Made by a program: the position numbers and the translations under genes | Notes under the pieces: model-generated | Databases searched by the model: none | Told to the model about the DNA's origin: nothing | The model's input: the letters and a program-made list of their open reading frames with translations, nothing else | NCBI GenBank assembly: GCA_038254195.1 | Contig: JBBSGJ010000001.1 | Span: 1-45,556 of the forward strand | Direction of reading: 5' to 3' | DNA: 45,556 bases | Source of the DNA: Solirubrobacterales bacterium | GTDB taxonomy: Bacteria; Actinomycetota; Thermoleophilia; Solirubrobacterales; Solirubrobacteraceae | Shown here: piece after piece, positions 18,063 through 25,711 of the stretch | Position numbering within the stretch: the first letter of the stretch is position 1 | Layout: every line of letters starts with the position of its first letter

Positions 18063-18476
18063 GTGCGTCGCGCTCCGCTCGCCCTCGTTCTCGTCCTCCT
18101 CGCGGGCTGCGGGGGGAGCTGGTACAAGCTGCCGCCGACGGAGGCCGGGGCGGCGCGCGCCGCCGCCGTGGGATTCCGCGACGCGGTCGCCCAGCACGAC
18201 TACCGGCGGCTGTGCACGCGCGTCTTCGCGCCGGTCCTCCTCAGCAAGCTGACCCGGATCAACTATTCATGCGAGACAGCCATGAAGCAGTATTACGGCA
18301 CCACCCGCAGCCCGCGCCTGAAGATCCTCGGCGTCCGGGTGGACGGGCGGCGCGCCCGCGTGGGGATCGTCACGTCGGCCGCGGGCGAGGCAGCGGTGGA
18401 GGGGTCGTTGGGGCTTGTGAAGACCGGTGACCGCTGGCTCGTGCAGACGCTCGACACCGCCGCCCCGGGGCGCTGA
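18063..18476 (+). CDS. Small lipoprotein, unknown function
   Basis: GTG 18063 within track ORF 18006..18476 gives M-RRAPLALVLVLLAGCGGS (signal peptide plus lipobox). Confidence 0.6.
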   Translation: MRRAPLALVLVLLAGCGGSWYKLPPTEAGAARAAAVGFRDAVAQHDYRRLCTRVFAPVLLSKLTRINYSCETAMKQYYGTTRSPRLKILGVRVDGRRARVGIVTSAAGEAAVEGSLGLVKTGDRWLVQTLDTAAPGR

Positions 18477-18492
18477 CCCAGCGCACACGCGG

Positions 18493-18513
18493 GCCGCCGC
18501 CTCCGTCGGCGGC
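18493..18513. terminator. GC-rich hairpin between convergent genes (candidate bidirectional terminator, no U-tract)
   Basis: GCCGCCG (18493-99), loop cctccgt, CGGCGGC (18507-13). It lies in the 42-nt gap between stop 18476 (+) and stop 18519 (-). Confidence 0.35.
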
Positions 18514-18518
18514 TGGCC

Positions 18519-18707
18519 CTAGCCCGCCCGCTCGTCGTGGGCGGTCTCGTCGCCGGGCTCGGACGGGTCGTCCCCGGTGCGCTTGACCTCGCCCGAGCCC
18601 ACCGTCATGCCGCCGCCCGGGGCCATCCTCCCGGGGCCCCTCTCCCCCTCGGCATCCGTCCCGCCGCCGGGCTCCTGGCTGGTCCTGGTGTCGTCGTCGT
18701 GCTCCAT
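18519..18707 (-). CDS. Small acidic, Gly/Asp/Glu-rich protein (62 aa), probably disordered
   Basis: Track ORF 18519..18707. Its ATG is 9 nt after the GNAT stop. Nearly all codons end in G or C, which argues for coding. No family is recognisable. Confidence 0.4.
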   Translation of the reverse strand: MEHDDDTRTSQEPGGGTDAEGERGPGRMAPGGGMTVGSGEVKRTGDDPSEPGDETAHDERAG

Positions 18708-18716
18708 TGCGACCGC

Positions 18717-19268
18717 CTACCCCGCGGAGCCGTCGCTGTCCCCGGGAACGTCCCCGGGAAGGCGGGAGAAGAGCACGAGGTCCTGGCGCTCGCCCTTGAG
18801 CTCCTGATAGGAGCGCAGGACGCCCTCGCGGACGAAGCCCGCGCGCTCGGCGACCCGCTGCGACGCGGAATTGCCCGTGGCCACCCGGATCTCCACGCGG
18901 GCGAGGCTCCGCTCCCGGAGCCCCCATGCGGTGACGAGGCGAACCGCGCGCGTCATGACTCCGCCGCCCCGGGCGGCCGCGCCGAGCCAGTAGCCGATGC
19001 TCGCCCGCCCATTCTCGAGCTCGAGCCGGAGGTCGATCACGCCCTGCGGCCGTCCGTCCGTACAGATCACCCAGGCCGCGTAGTGGCCCGACAGGATCCA
19101 CGGGGCCTGGTCGGCGCGGAACGCGCGGACGTGCTCGACGGTGTTGTTCTCGCGCACGCGCGTCCAGCGGGTGATCTCCGGATCGCGGGAGGCCTCGGCG
19201 ATCGCCGCGAGGTCGTCGTCGCCCCACGGCCGGAGGACCACGTCGCCGTCCGTCAGGCGGGGGATCAC
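18717..19268 (-). CDS. GNAT family N-acetyltransferase (RimJ/RimL-like)
   Basis: GTG 19268 within track ORF 18717..19430: VIPRLTDGDVVLRPWGDDDLAAIAEASRDPEITRWT...IGYWLGAAARGGGVMTRAVRLVTAWGL...RVEIRVATGNSASQRVAERAGFVREGVLR. The part of the track ORF further upstream is Arg/Pro-rich and looks non-coding. Confidence 0.8.
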   Translation of the reverse strand: MIPRLTDGDVVLRPWGDDDLAAIAEASRDPEITRWTRVRENNTVEHVRAFRADQAPWILSGHYAAWVICTDGRPQGVIDLRLELENGRASIGYWLGAAARGGGVMTRAVRLVTAWGLRERSLARVEIRVATGNSASQRVAERAGFVREGVLRSYQELKGERQDLVLFSRLPGDVPGDSDGSAG

Positions 19269-19422
19269 GGCCGGCGCAGCAGGACCCACATGAGCACGGC
19301 GGCGAAGCCGATCTGCCCGAATGCGAGCGCGGTGCCGAGGTTGGCGGCGCCGAGGAGCCCGGCCAGCAGGGTCGCGCCGACGAAGGCGACGAGAAGGATG
19401 GCGAGGTCGATGATGCGCGAAG

Positions 19423-20367
19423 CTACTCACCTCGTCCGGTGAGGCGCGCGAGCCCCGCGGTCAGCGCGGCGACGTCGAGCCCGGGAGGCTGGGCGGCGAG
19501 CCAGGATTGCGCGGCCCGCCGTCCCCCGAGCGCCCGGAGCCCAGCCGCGCCGTGCTCGGCGACGAAGTCGGCCAGGGCGTGGTGGCGCCGGGCCGCGAGC
19601 CGGCGGGCCGCGAGGTCGAGCCGCTGCGAGTGGGCGTCCAGCGCGTCGAGGAGCTCGTCGATCCCGTGCGGCGGAGGCAGGGAGGAGACGGCGATCACCG
19701 CGGTGTCCCGGGCGCCGAGCGAGCGCAGCGCGGCGCGGAGATCGCGGCGGGCGCGGAGGGCGACCGTCCCGAGGTCCGCCTTGTTGACCACGAGCACGTC
19801 GGGGATCTCCATGATCCCCGACTTCAGGAACTGCAGGACGTCGCCCGAGCCGGGCTGGACGACGACGGCGACGGTGTCGGCGACGTCGGCCACGTCGGTC
19901 TCCGATTGCCCGACGCCGACGGTCTCGATGACGACGACGTCCCACGCCACGGCGAGCGCATGGCCCGCGGCGCGGGTGGCGGGGGCGAGGCCGCCGAGCT
20001 GCTCGCCGGCCGCGGTCGAGCGGACGAACACCCCGGGGTCGTCGGGGGCGGTGCGGATGCGCGCGCGGTCGCCGAGCAGCGCGCCGCCCGAGCGCCGGGA
20101 GGACGGGTCGACGGCCAGAACGGCGACCGTGCGTCCGCGCGCCCGCCAGCCCGCCACGAGAGCGGAGAGCAGGGTGGACTTCCCGACCCCGGGCGGACCC
20201 GTGAGCCCGACGATGTGGCCCGCGGGCTCGGTAGGAAGCGCCGAGAGGAGCGCCGCGGTCTGGTCACGGTCGGCGGGCGCCGCGCTCTCGACGAGGTTGA
20301 GGACCGCGGGGGCCGCCCTCAGGTCACCCGCCCGCAGCCGCCCGGCGAGCTCTGTCCCCGAGCCCAC
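19423..20367 (-). CDS. meaB: Methylmalonyl-CoA mutase-associated G-protein chaperone MeaB/ArgK
   Basis: P-loop GLTGPPGVGKSTLL, then AVLAVDPSS...GGALLGDRARI, IETVGVGQSE and VVNKADL. GTG 20367 directly abuts the mutase TAG stop (TAGGTG). Confidence 0.9.
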   Translation of the reverse strand: MGSGTELAGRLRAGDLRAAPAVLNLVESAAPADRDQTAALLSALPTEPAGHIVGLTGPPGVGKSTLLSALVAGWRARGRTVAVLAVDPSSRRSGGALLGDRARIRTAPDDPGVFVRSTAAGEQLGGLAPATRAAGHALAVAWDVVVIETVGVGQSETDVADVADTVAVVVQPGSGDVLQFLKSGIMEIPDVLVVNKADLGTVALRARRDLRAALRSLGARDTAVIAVSSLPPPHGIDELLDALDAHSQRLDLAARRLAARRHHALADFVAEHGAAGLRALGGRRAAQSWLAAQPPGLDVAALTAGLARLTGRGE

Positions 20368-22350
20368 CTACGCGGGCTGACCGACGCCCCGCCGCTCCGC
20401 CACGAGCGCGACGACGTCCCCCATTATCCCGTTGAGATCGAAGTCCTTGGGGGTGTAGATCCGGGCGACGCCCGCCTCGCGCAGGGGGGCGACGTCCGCC
20501 TCGGGGATGATCCCCCCGACGATCACGGGCACGTCCCCGGCGCCCGCCTCGCGCAGGGCGGCGATGACGGCGGGGATGAGCTCGCGGTGCGAGCCCGACA
20601 GGATCGACAGCCCGACGACGTGCACGCCCTCCTCCAGCGCGGAGCGGGCGATCTGCGCGGGGGTCAGCCGGATCCCCTCGTAGACGACGTCCATCCCCAC
20701 GTCCCGCGCGCGGACGGCGATCTGCTCGGCGCCGTTGGAGTGCCCGTCGAGCCCCGGCTTGCCCACGAGGATCTTGAGCCGCCGGCCCAGGGCCTCGGAG
20801 ACGCGCTCGACCTCGTCGCGGACCTCCTCGAGCTCGGCGCCACCGGTGTGGATCGCCTCGCCCACGCCCGTCGGCGCCCGGTAGTCGCCGACCGCCTCGC
20901 GCACCGCGCCCGCCCACTCGCCCGTGGTGACGCCGGCCCGGGCGGCGGCGAGCGTGGCCACCATGATGTTCTCCTCGGTGCCCGCGACCACCCGCCCCAA
21001 CTCGGCCAGGGCGCTCTCGACCGCGCCCGCGTCCCGCTCACGCCGCCAGGCGGCCAAGGCCGCGCGCTGCTCGGCCTCCGCGGCGGGATCAACGACGAGG
21101 ATGCCTCCCTCGGCGTCCGCGGTCAGCGGGGAGGGCTCGGTCTCCGTGAAGCGGTTGACCCCCACGGCCACGAGATCGCCGCTCTCCAGCCGCGCGATCC
21201 GCGCGCGGTGGGAGTCCACGAGCGCGGCCTTCATGTAGGCGACGGCCTCGACCGCGCCGCCGTGCTCCTCGACGACGGCCAGCTCGGCCCGCGCGCCCGC
21301 GAGCAGCTCGGCGACGAGCCCGTCCATGACCTTCGACCCCTCGAAGATGTCGGGGTACTCGAGCAGGTCGGTCTCGTAGGCCAGGACCTGCTGGATGCGC
21401 AGCGACCACTGCTGGTCCCACGGCCGGGGGAGCCCGAGCGCCTCGTTCCAGGCCGGGAGCTGGATGGCGCGGGCGCGGGCGTTCCGGCCCAGGGTCACCG
21501 CGAGCGCCTCGAGCACGATGCGCTGCACGTTGTTCTCGGGCTGGGCCTCGGTGAGGCCGAGCGAGTTGACCTGGACCCCGTAGCGGAAGCGCAGGTGGCG
21601 CTCGTCGCCGACGCCGTAGCGCTCGCGCCCGAGCTCCTCCCAGAGCACCGACATCGCCCGGAGCTTCGCGTGCTCCTCGACGAAGCGCACCCCGGCGTTG
21701 ACGAAGAACGAGATCCGGGCGAAGACCCGGCCCATGAGCTCCTGGTCCACCCGCTCTGCGACGGCGTCGAGTACCGCCTGCGCGTTGGCCAGCGCGTAGG
21801 CGATCTCCTGCACGGGGGTGGCCCCGGCCTCCTGGAGGTGATACGAGCAGATGTTGATCGGGTTCCACTTCGGGACCCGCTCCACGGTGTAGGCGACCAT
21901 GTCGGCGATGAGCCGCATCGAGGGCTCGGGCGGGAAGGCGTAGGTCCCGCGGGCGAGGAACTCCTTGATGATGTCGTTCTGGGTGGTGCCCTGGAGGACG
22001 GCGGGGTCGAGGCCCTGCTCCTCCGCGCAGACGACGTAGAGCGCGAGCAGCCACGCCGCGGTCGCGTTGATCGTCATCGACGTGTTCATGACGTCGAGGG
22101 GGATCTGATCGAGCAGCGCGGCCATGTCGCCCTTGTGGGCCACCGGCACGCCGACCTTGCCGACCTCGCCCCGGGCGAGCTCGTGGTCGGGGTCGTAGCC
22201 CGTCTGGGTGGGCAGGTCGAAGGCGATCGACAGCCCCGTCTGGCCCTTGGCGAGGTTGCGGCGGAAGAGCTCGTTGGACTTCTGCGCCGTGGAGTGGCCG
22301 GCGTACGTGCGCATCATCCACGGGCGGTCGGGCTCGGGCAGCCGGTGCAT
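20368..22350 (-). CDS. Fused B12-dependent acyl-CoA mutase (catalytic domain plus cobalamin-binding domain; ethylmalonyl-CoA mutase MeaA/Ecm- or ICM-like rather than classical two-subunit MCM)
   Basis: The N-terminus PWMMRTYAGHSTAQKSNELFRRNLAKGQTGLSIAFDLPTQTGYD is, as I recall, typical of the Ecm/Icm branch. The C-terminal region KILVGKPGLDGHSNGAEQIA carries the DxHxxG B12 motif, followed by GLSILSGSH. Confidence 0.9.
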   Translation of the reverse strand: MHRLPEPDRPWMMRTYAGHSTAQKSNELFRRNLAKGQTGLSIAFDLPTQTGYDPDHELARGEVGKVGVPVAHKGDMAALLDQIPLDVMNTSMTINATAAWLLALYVVCAEEQGLDPAVLQGTTQNDIIKEFLARGTYAFPPEPSMRLIADMVAYTVERVPKWNPINICSYHLQEAGATPVQEIAYALANAQAVLDAVAERVDQELMGRVFARISFFVNAGVRFVEEHAKLRAMSVLWEELGRERYGVGDERHLRFRYGVQVNSLGLTEAQPENNVQRIVLEALAVTLGRNARARAIQLPAWNEALGLPRPWDQQWSLRIQQVLAYETDLLEYPDIFEGSKVMDGLVAELLAGARAELAVVEEHGGAVEAVAYMKAALVDSHRARIARLESGDLVAVGVNRFTETEPSPLTADAEGGILVVDPAAEAEQRAALAAWRRERDAGAVESALAELGRVVAGTEENIMVATLAAARAGVTTGEWAGAVREAVGDYRAPTGVGEAIHTGGAELEEVRDEVERVSEALGRRLKILVGKPGLDGHSNGAEQIAVRARDVGMDVVYEGIRLTPAQIARSALEEGVHVVGLSILSGSHRELIPAVIAALREAGAGDVPVIVGGIIPEADVAPLREAGVARIYTPKDFDLNGIMGDVVALVAERRGVGQPA

Positions 22351-22367
22351 GGAGCGAAGATTCTAAG

Positions 22368-23000
22368 GTGCGGGCCATGGCCGAGGACGAGGAGACGACC
22401 CGGGCACTGGAGCTCACGGGGCCGCGGGACACCCTGCCCGACGACCCCTCGGGCTCGGTCGCCCACCCCGACTTCCCGCTGGACCGGCGGGGGTACGACC
22501 GCGCCGCGGTGGACGCCTACGTCCACCGGGTGGTCAAGCTCGTCGGGGAGCTCGAAACGGTCCGCTCGCCCCGGGCCGCGGTGCGTCAGGCGCTCGAGCG
22601 GGTGGGGACGGAGACCGCCGGCATCCTCGCGCAGGCCCATGCGGCGGCCGACGCGGTCACCGCGGCCGCGCGGACGGAGGCCGAGGAGCTCACCACGAGC
22701 TCGCGCCGGGCGGCCGAGGAGCGGCTCGAGCGCGCGCGCGCCGAGGCCGAGGAGATCGTGCACGACGCACGCGAGCGCGCCCAGACGCTCGACCGCGACG
22801 CCGACGTGATCTGGCAGGAGCGCGGGCGGCTGCTGGCCGACGTGGACCGGGTCGCCGGGGAGCTGCAGCGGGTCGTCCGCGCCGCCGGGGAGCGCTTCCC
22901 GCCCGAGGCCGAGGCCCTCGAGGAGCTCCCCGCGGAGGGCGCGACGACAGAGGAGCTCCCCGCGCAGGGCGAGACCACGGAGGAGCTTCCGCCGTCGTGA
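22368..23000 (+). CDS. DivIVA-domain-containing coiled-coil protein
   Basis: FPLDRRGYDRAAVDAYVHRVV is the DivIVA N-terminal signature. It is followed by an Ala/Glu/Arg-rich coiled coil and a repetitive C-terminus. The start is GTG 22368 or ATG 22377; the latter has AAGGTG upstream. Confidence 0.7.
   Translation: MRAMAEDEETTRALELTGPRDTLPDDPSGSVAHPDFPLDRRGYDRAAVDAYVHRVVKLVGELETVRSPRAAVRQALERVGTETAGILAQAHAAADAVTAAARTEAEELTTSSRRAAEERLERARAEAEEIVHDARERAQTLDRDADVIWQERGRLLADVDRVAGELQRVVRAAGERFPPEAEALEELPAEGATTEELPAQGETTEELPPS
22920..22997 (+). repeat. 2.6 copies of a 30-nt in-frame tandem repeat encoding EELPA(E/Q)G(A/E)TT
   Basis: Read directly: gaggagctccccgcggagggcgcgacgaca / gaggagctccccgcgcagggcgagaccacg / gaggagcttccgccgtcg. 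Confidence 0.8.
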
Positions 23001-23836
23001 ACGTCGAGCCGATCGACCTGCGCCACCTCGGGAGCGAGCGCGTCATCTGCTGCTTCCGCACGGGCGACGCGCTCGTGGACCCTGGGCCGTCCTCCTGCCT
23101 CGACACCCTGCTCGACGCGCTCGATGGGTGGGAGCCCCAGCGTCTGCTGCTGACCCACGTCCACCTCGACCACGCCGGGGCGTCGGGCTCGCTGGTGGCG
23201 CGGTACCCCGACCTCCAGGTCTACGTCCACGAGCGCGGGGCGCCGCACCTCATCGCCCCCGGGAAGCTGCTGGCCAGCGCGACGCGGCTCTACGGCGAGG
23301 ACATGGACCGGCTGTGGGGCGAGTTCGCGCCCGTCCCGGAGGCCAACGTCCACATCCTGCGCGGGGGAGAGGAGCTCGACGGGGGCTGGGAGGTGGAGTA
23401 CACGCCGGGCCACGCCTCCCATCACGTGAGCTTCTTCGTGGAGGACTGGGCCTTCGTCGGCGACGTGGGCGGGGTGCGGATCCCGCCCGCCGGCACCGCG
23501 ATCCCACCCACGCCGCCGCCGGACATCGACCTCGAGGCCTGGCACGCGTCGCTCGACCTCGTGGCCGCCCGGGCGCCCGGCCACCTCGCGCTGACCCACT
23601 TCGGCCCGTGGGAGGACGCGATCCTCCAGATCGCCGATGTCGATCGCCGCCTCGACGCCTGGGCCGCGCTCGCGCGCGACGAGGGCGAGGGGGAGTGGAT
23701 CGAGCACATCCAGACGGAGATCGAGCGGGGGACCGACGCGGACCTCGAGACGGCCGCGGCCTTCACCCAGGCCGCCCCGCCCGACCAGCTCTACGCGGGT
23801 CTCCGACGATATTGGGCCACCCACCCACCCCAGTGA
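22997..23836 (+). CDS. MBL-fold metallo-hydrolase
   Basis: LLLTHVHLDHAGASG (HxHxDH motif), later TPGHASHH. GTGA overlap with the upstream gene. Confidence 0.85.
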   Translation: MNVEPIDLRHLGSERVICCFRTGDALVDPGPSSCLDTLLDALDGWEPQRLLLTHVHLDHAGASGSLVARYPDLQVYVHERGAPHLIAPGKLLASATRLYGEDMDRLWGEFAPVPEANVHILRGGEELDGGWEVEYTPGHASHHVSFFVEDWAFVGDVGGVRIPPAGTAIPPTPPPDIDLEAWHASLDLVAARAPGHLALTHFGPWEDAILQIADVDRRLDAWAALARDEGEGEWIEHIQTEIERGTDADLETAAAFTQAAPPDQLYAGLRRYWATHPPQ

Positions 23837-24129
23837 TGAGCGGCGGCGCGACGATCGAGAAGCCGCGGGTGGGCGACCCCGGCTCGGGCCTCGGCGGCGC
23901 CTGGCGCGTGATCGTTCTCAACGACGACCACAACACGTTCGACCACGTCGCCCGCACGCTGGCCCGGTTCATCCCCGGCGTGTCGGTTCCCGAGGGGTAC
24001 GCGTTCGCCGAGCGCATCCATGCCTCGGGCCGGGCCGTGGTGTGGTCGGGCGGGCAGGAGCCCGCGGAGCTGTACTGGGAGCAGCTCGCGGAGGCGGGGC
24101 TGACGTTGGCGCCGCTCGAGCAGGGCTGA
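23836..24129 (+). CDS. clpS: ATP-dependent Clp protease adaptor ClpS
   Basis: ATG 23836 overlaps the upstream TGA (TGATG). WRVIVLNDDHNTFDHVARTLARFIPGVSVPEGYAFAERIHASGRAVVWSG is a typical ClpS core. Confidence 0.85.
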   Translation: MSGGATIEKPRVGDPGSGLGGAWRVIVLNDDHNTFDHVARTLARFIPGVSVPEGYAFAERIHASGRAVVWSGGQEPAELYWEQLAEAGLTLAPLEQG

Positions 24130-24155
24130 GCCACCGCTCTTGTAGCTTTCTGACA

Positions 24156-25343
24156 ATGAGCGAGCGGCGCCCGTGGCACGATCTGCCCGCGGCCGCCGCG
24201 CCCGCCCTCCGCGCCGAGCTCCCGGTCGTCGCCGACGAGATCATCGCGGCGCTCCGCGCCGGGGTGCCCGAGTACGCGCGCCCCCTCGAGGGCGCCTTCG
24301 GCCGGGGCCTACGGGTCGGGGTGGAGGCCGCGCTGGCGCACTTCGTCGCCGAGATCGAGGCCGGCGATCGGGTTCCGCGCGCCGACGTGTACCTCGGGCT
24401 CGGGCGCGGGGAGTACCGGGCCGGGCGCTCGCTCGAGGCCCTGCTGTCCGCCTACCGGCTCGGCGCCCGGGTGGCCTGGCGGCGCTTCGCCGTGGCGGTG
24501 CGCACGGCGGGGCTCGACCACGACGTCCTTGTCGCCGTCGCCGCGTCCATCTTCGCCTACATCGACGAGCTCTCGGCCGAGTCCGCCGAGGGCTTCGCGC
24601 TCGAGCAGTCCGCCGCGGCCGGTGCGGTCCAGCTCCGCCGCCGGCGCCTCGCCCGCCTCCTGCTCTCGGCCCCCGACGCCGAGCCCGACGTCGTCGAGGC
24701 CGCCGCCCGCGACGCCGGCTGGCGCCTCCCGCGCGCGCTCGCCGCGCTGCTCGTGGTGGGCGACGGGCGCGAGGCCGTCGCCCGGCGCCTCTCCGACGTC
24801 GCCGCCGACCCCCGCGAGGAAGAGCTCGTCCTCCTCGTGCCCGACCCCGACGGCCCCGGGCGCCACGAGGAGCTCCGCCGCGCGACCGAGGGCGAGCTCG
24901 CCGCCCTCGGCCCGACCGTCGCCTGGCCCGACGCGCCGCTCTCGCTCGCGCGGGCCCGGGCCGCGCTCGCCCTCGCGCGGGCCGGCGCCGTGGAGGCCGG
25001 CGGCCTGGTCGTCGCCGCCGACCACGGCCCCGCCCTGTTGCTCTCGAGCGACCCCCGTCTCGTGGAGGACCTCATCCGCGACCGTCTCGCACCCCTCGAC
25101 GCCCTCGCGCCCGCCGCCCGCGAGCGCCTGACCGTGACCCTCGCGGCCTGGCTGGCCGAGCAGGGCCGCCTCGGCCCCGTCGCCGGCCGCCTCGGGGTCC
25201 ACCCGCAGACCGTCCGCTACCGGCTCGGTCGCCTGCGCGAGGTGCTCGGCCCCGCCCTCGACGACCCCGACTCCCGGTTCGAGCTCGACCTCGCGCTGCG
25301 GACCCGGACGCTCGTGGGCGGGGGCAGGGAGGAGCAGGGCTAG
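24156..25343 (+). CDS. PucR-family transcriptional regulator (C-terminal HTH)
   Basis: Internal ATG 24156 of track ORF 23637..25343. The C-terminus LTVTLAAWLAEQGRLGPVAGRLGVHPQTVRYRLGRLREVLG is the PucR_C HTH pattern. Confidence 0.8.
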   Translation: MSERRPWHDLPAAAAPALRAELPVVADEIIAALRAGVPEYARPLEGAFGRGLRVGVEAALAHFVAEIEAGDRVPRADVYLGLGRGEYRAGRSLEALLSAYRLGARVAWRRFAVAVRTAGLDHDVLVAVAASIFAYIDELSAESAEGFALEQSAAAGAVQLRRRRLARLLLSAPDAEPDVVEAAARDAGWRLPRALAALLVVGDGREAVARRLSDVAADPREEELVLLVPDPDGPGRHEELRRATEGELAALGPTVAWPDAPLSLARARAALALARAGAVEAGGLVVAADHGPALLLSSDPRLVEDLIRDRLAPLDALAPAARERLTVTLAAWLAEQGRLGPVAGRLGVHPQTVRYRLGRLREVLGPALDDPDSRFELDLALRTRTLVGGGREEQG

Positions 25344-25699
25344 AAGGCGCCGCCGGCGGGCTCGTGGAAGCCCGTGTGGCGCAGCTCGTCGGCGTCCACC
25401 TCGAGCTGGCCGCGCCCCAGGCGCTCGTACCACTCGGGGAGGATCGGCACCTGGTACCAGCTCGAGTGCCGGGCGCGCCAGGCCTGGAACTCCGGGCCGT
25501 CCCAGTAGCGGTAGAAGTCGTCATGGTCCTCGAAGGTCGCCGTCTGGGAGAAGCGGTAGCGGTCCTCCGCGGAGCGCCGCACCTCCCAGTCCAGCGCGCC
25601 GTACCGGAGGGCGGCGGGGGCGATCTCCTCCAGCGACGCCGCGATCCGGTCACCGCGGAAGAGGGTCGCGTACCAGGGGATGTGGACGATCCCGGCCAT
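25340..25699 (-). CDS. Hypothetical aromatic-rich small protein (119 aa), co-transcribed downstream of the ccr-like gene
   Basis: Track ORF 25340..25699; its ATG is 12 nt after the ccr-like TAG stop. It is rich in W/Y/F (FEDHDDFYRYWDGPEFQAWRARHSSWYQVPILPEWYE). It could have an ABM/EthD-like alpha+beta fold, but I cannot support that claim. Confidence 0.6.
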   Translation of the reverse strand: MAGIVHIPWYATLFRGDRIAASLEEIAPAALRYGALDWEVRRSAEDRYRFSQTATFEDHDDFYRYWDGPEFQAWRARHSSWYQVPILPEWYERLGRGQLEVDADELRHTGFHEPAGGAF

Positions 25700-25711
25700 G
25701 CGGTGCTAAGC

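Noticed and set aside
18036-18197. 54-codon N-terminal extension of the moaA ORF
   Set aside because: MoaA homology begins at Met 18035. The extension overlaps the divergent lipoprotein gene and looks non-coding.
17028-18197. Moco riboswitch upstream of moaA
   Set aside because: There is no untranslated leader long enough, because the region upstream of moaA is occupied by the divergent lipoprotein gene. I recognised no conserved riboswitch-like structure.
19507-22809. 1100-aa plus-strand ORF
   Set aside because: It is antisense to meaB and the B12 mutase, both of which have unambiguous motifs. Its composition is that of a GC-rich shadow frame.
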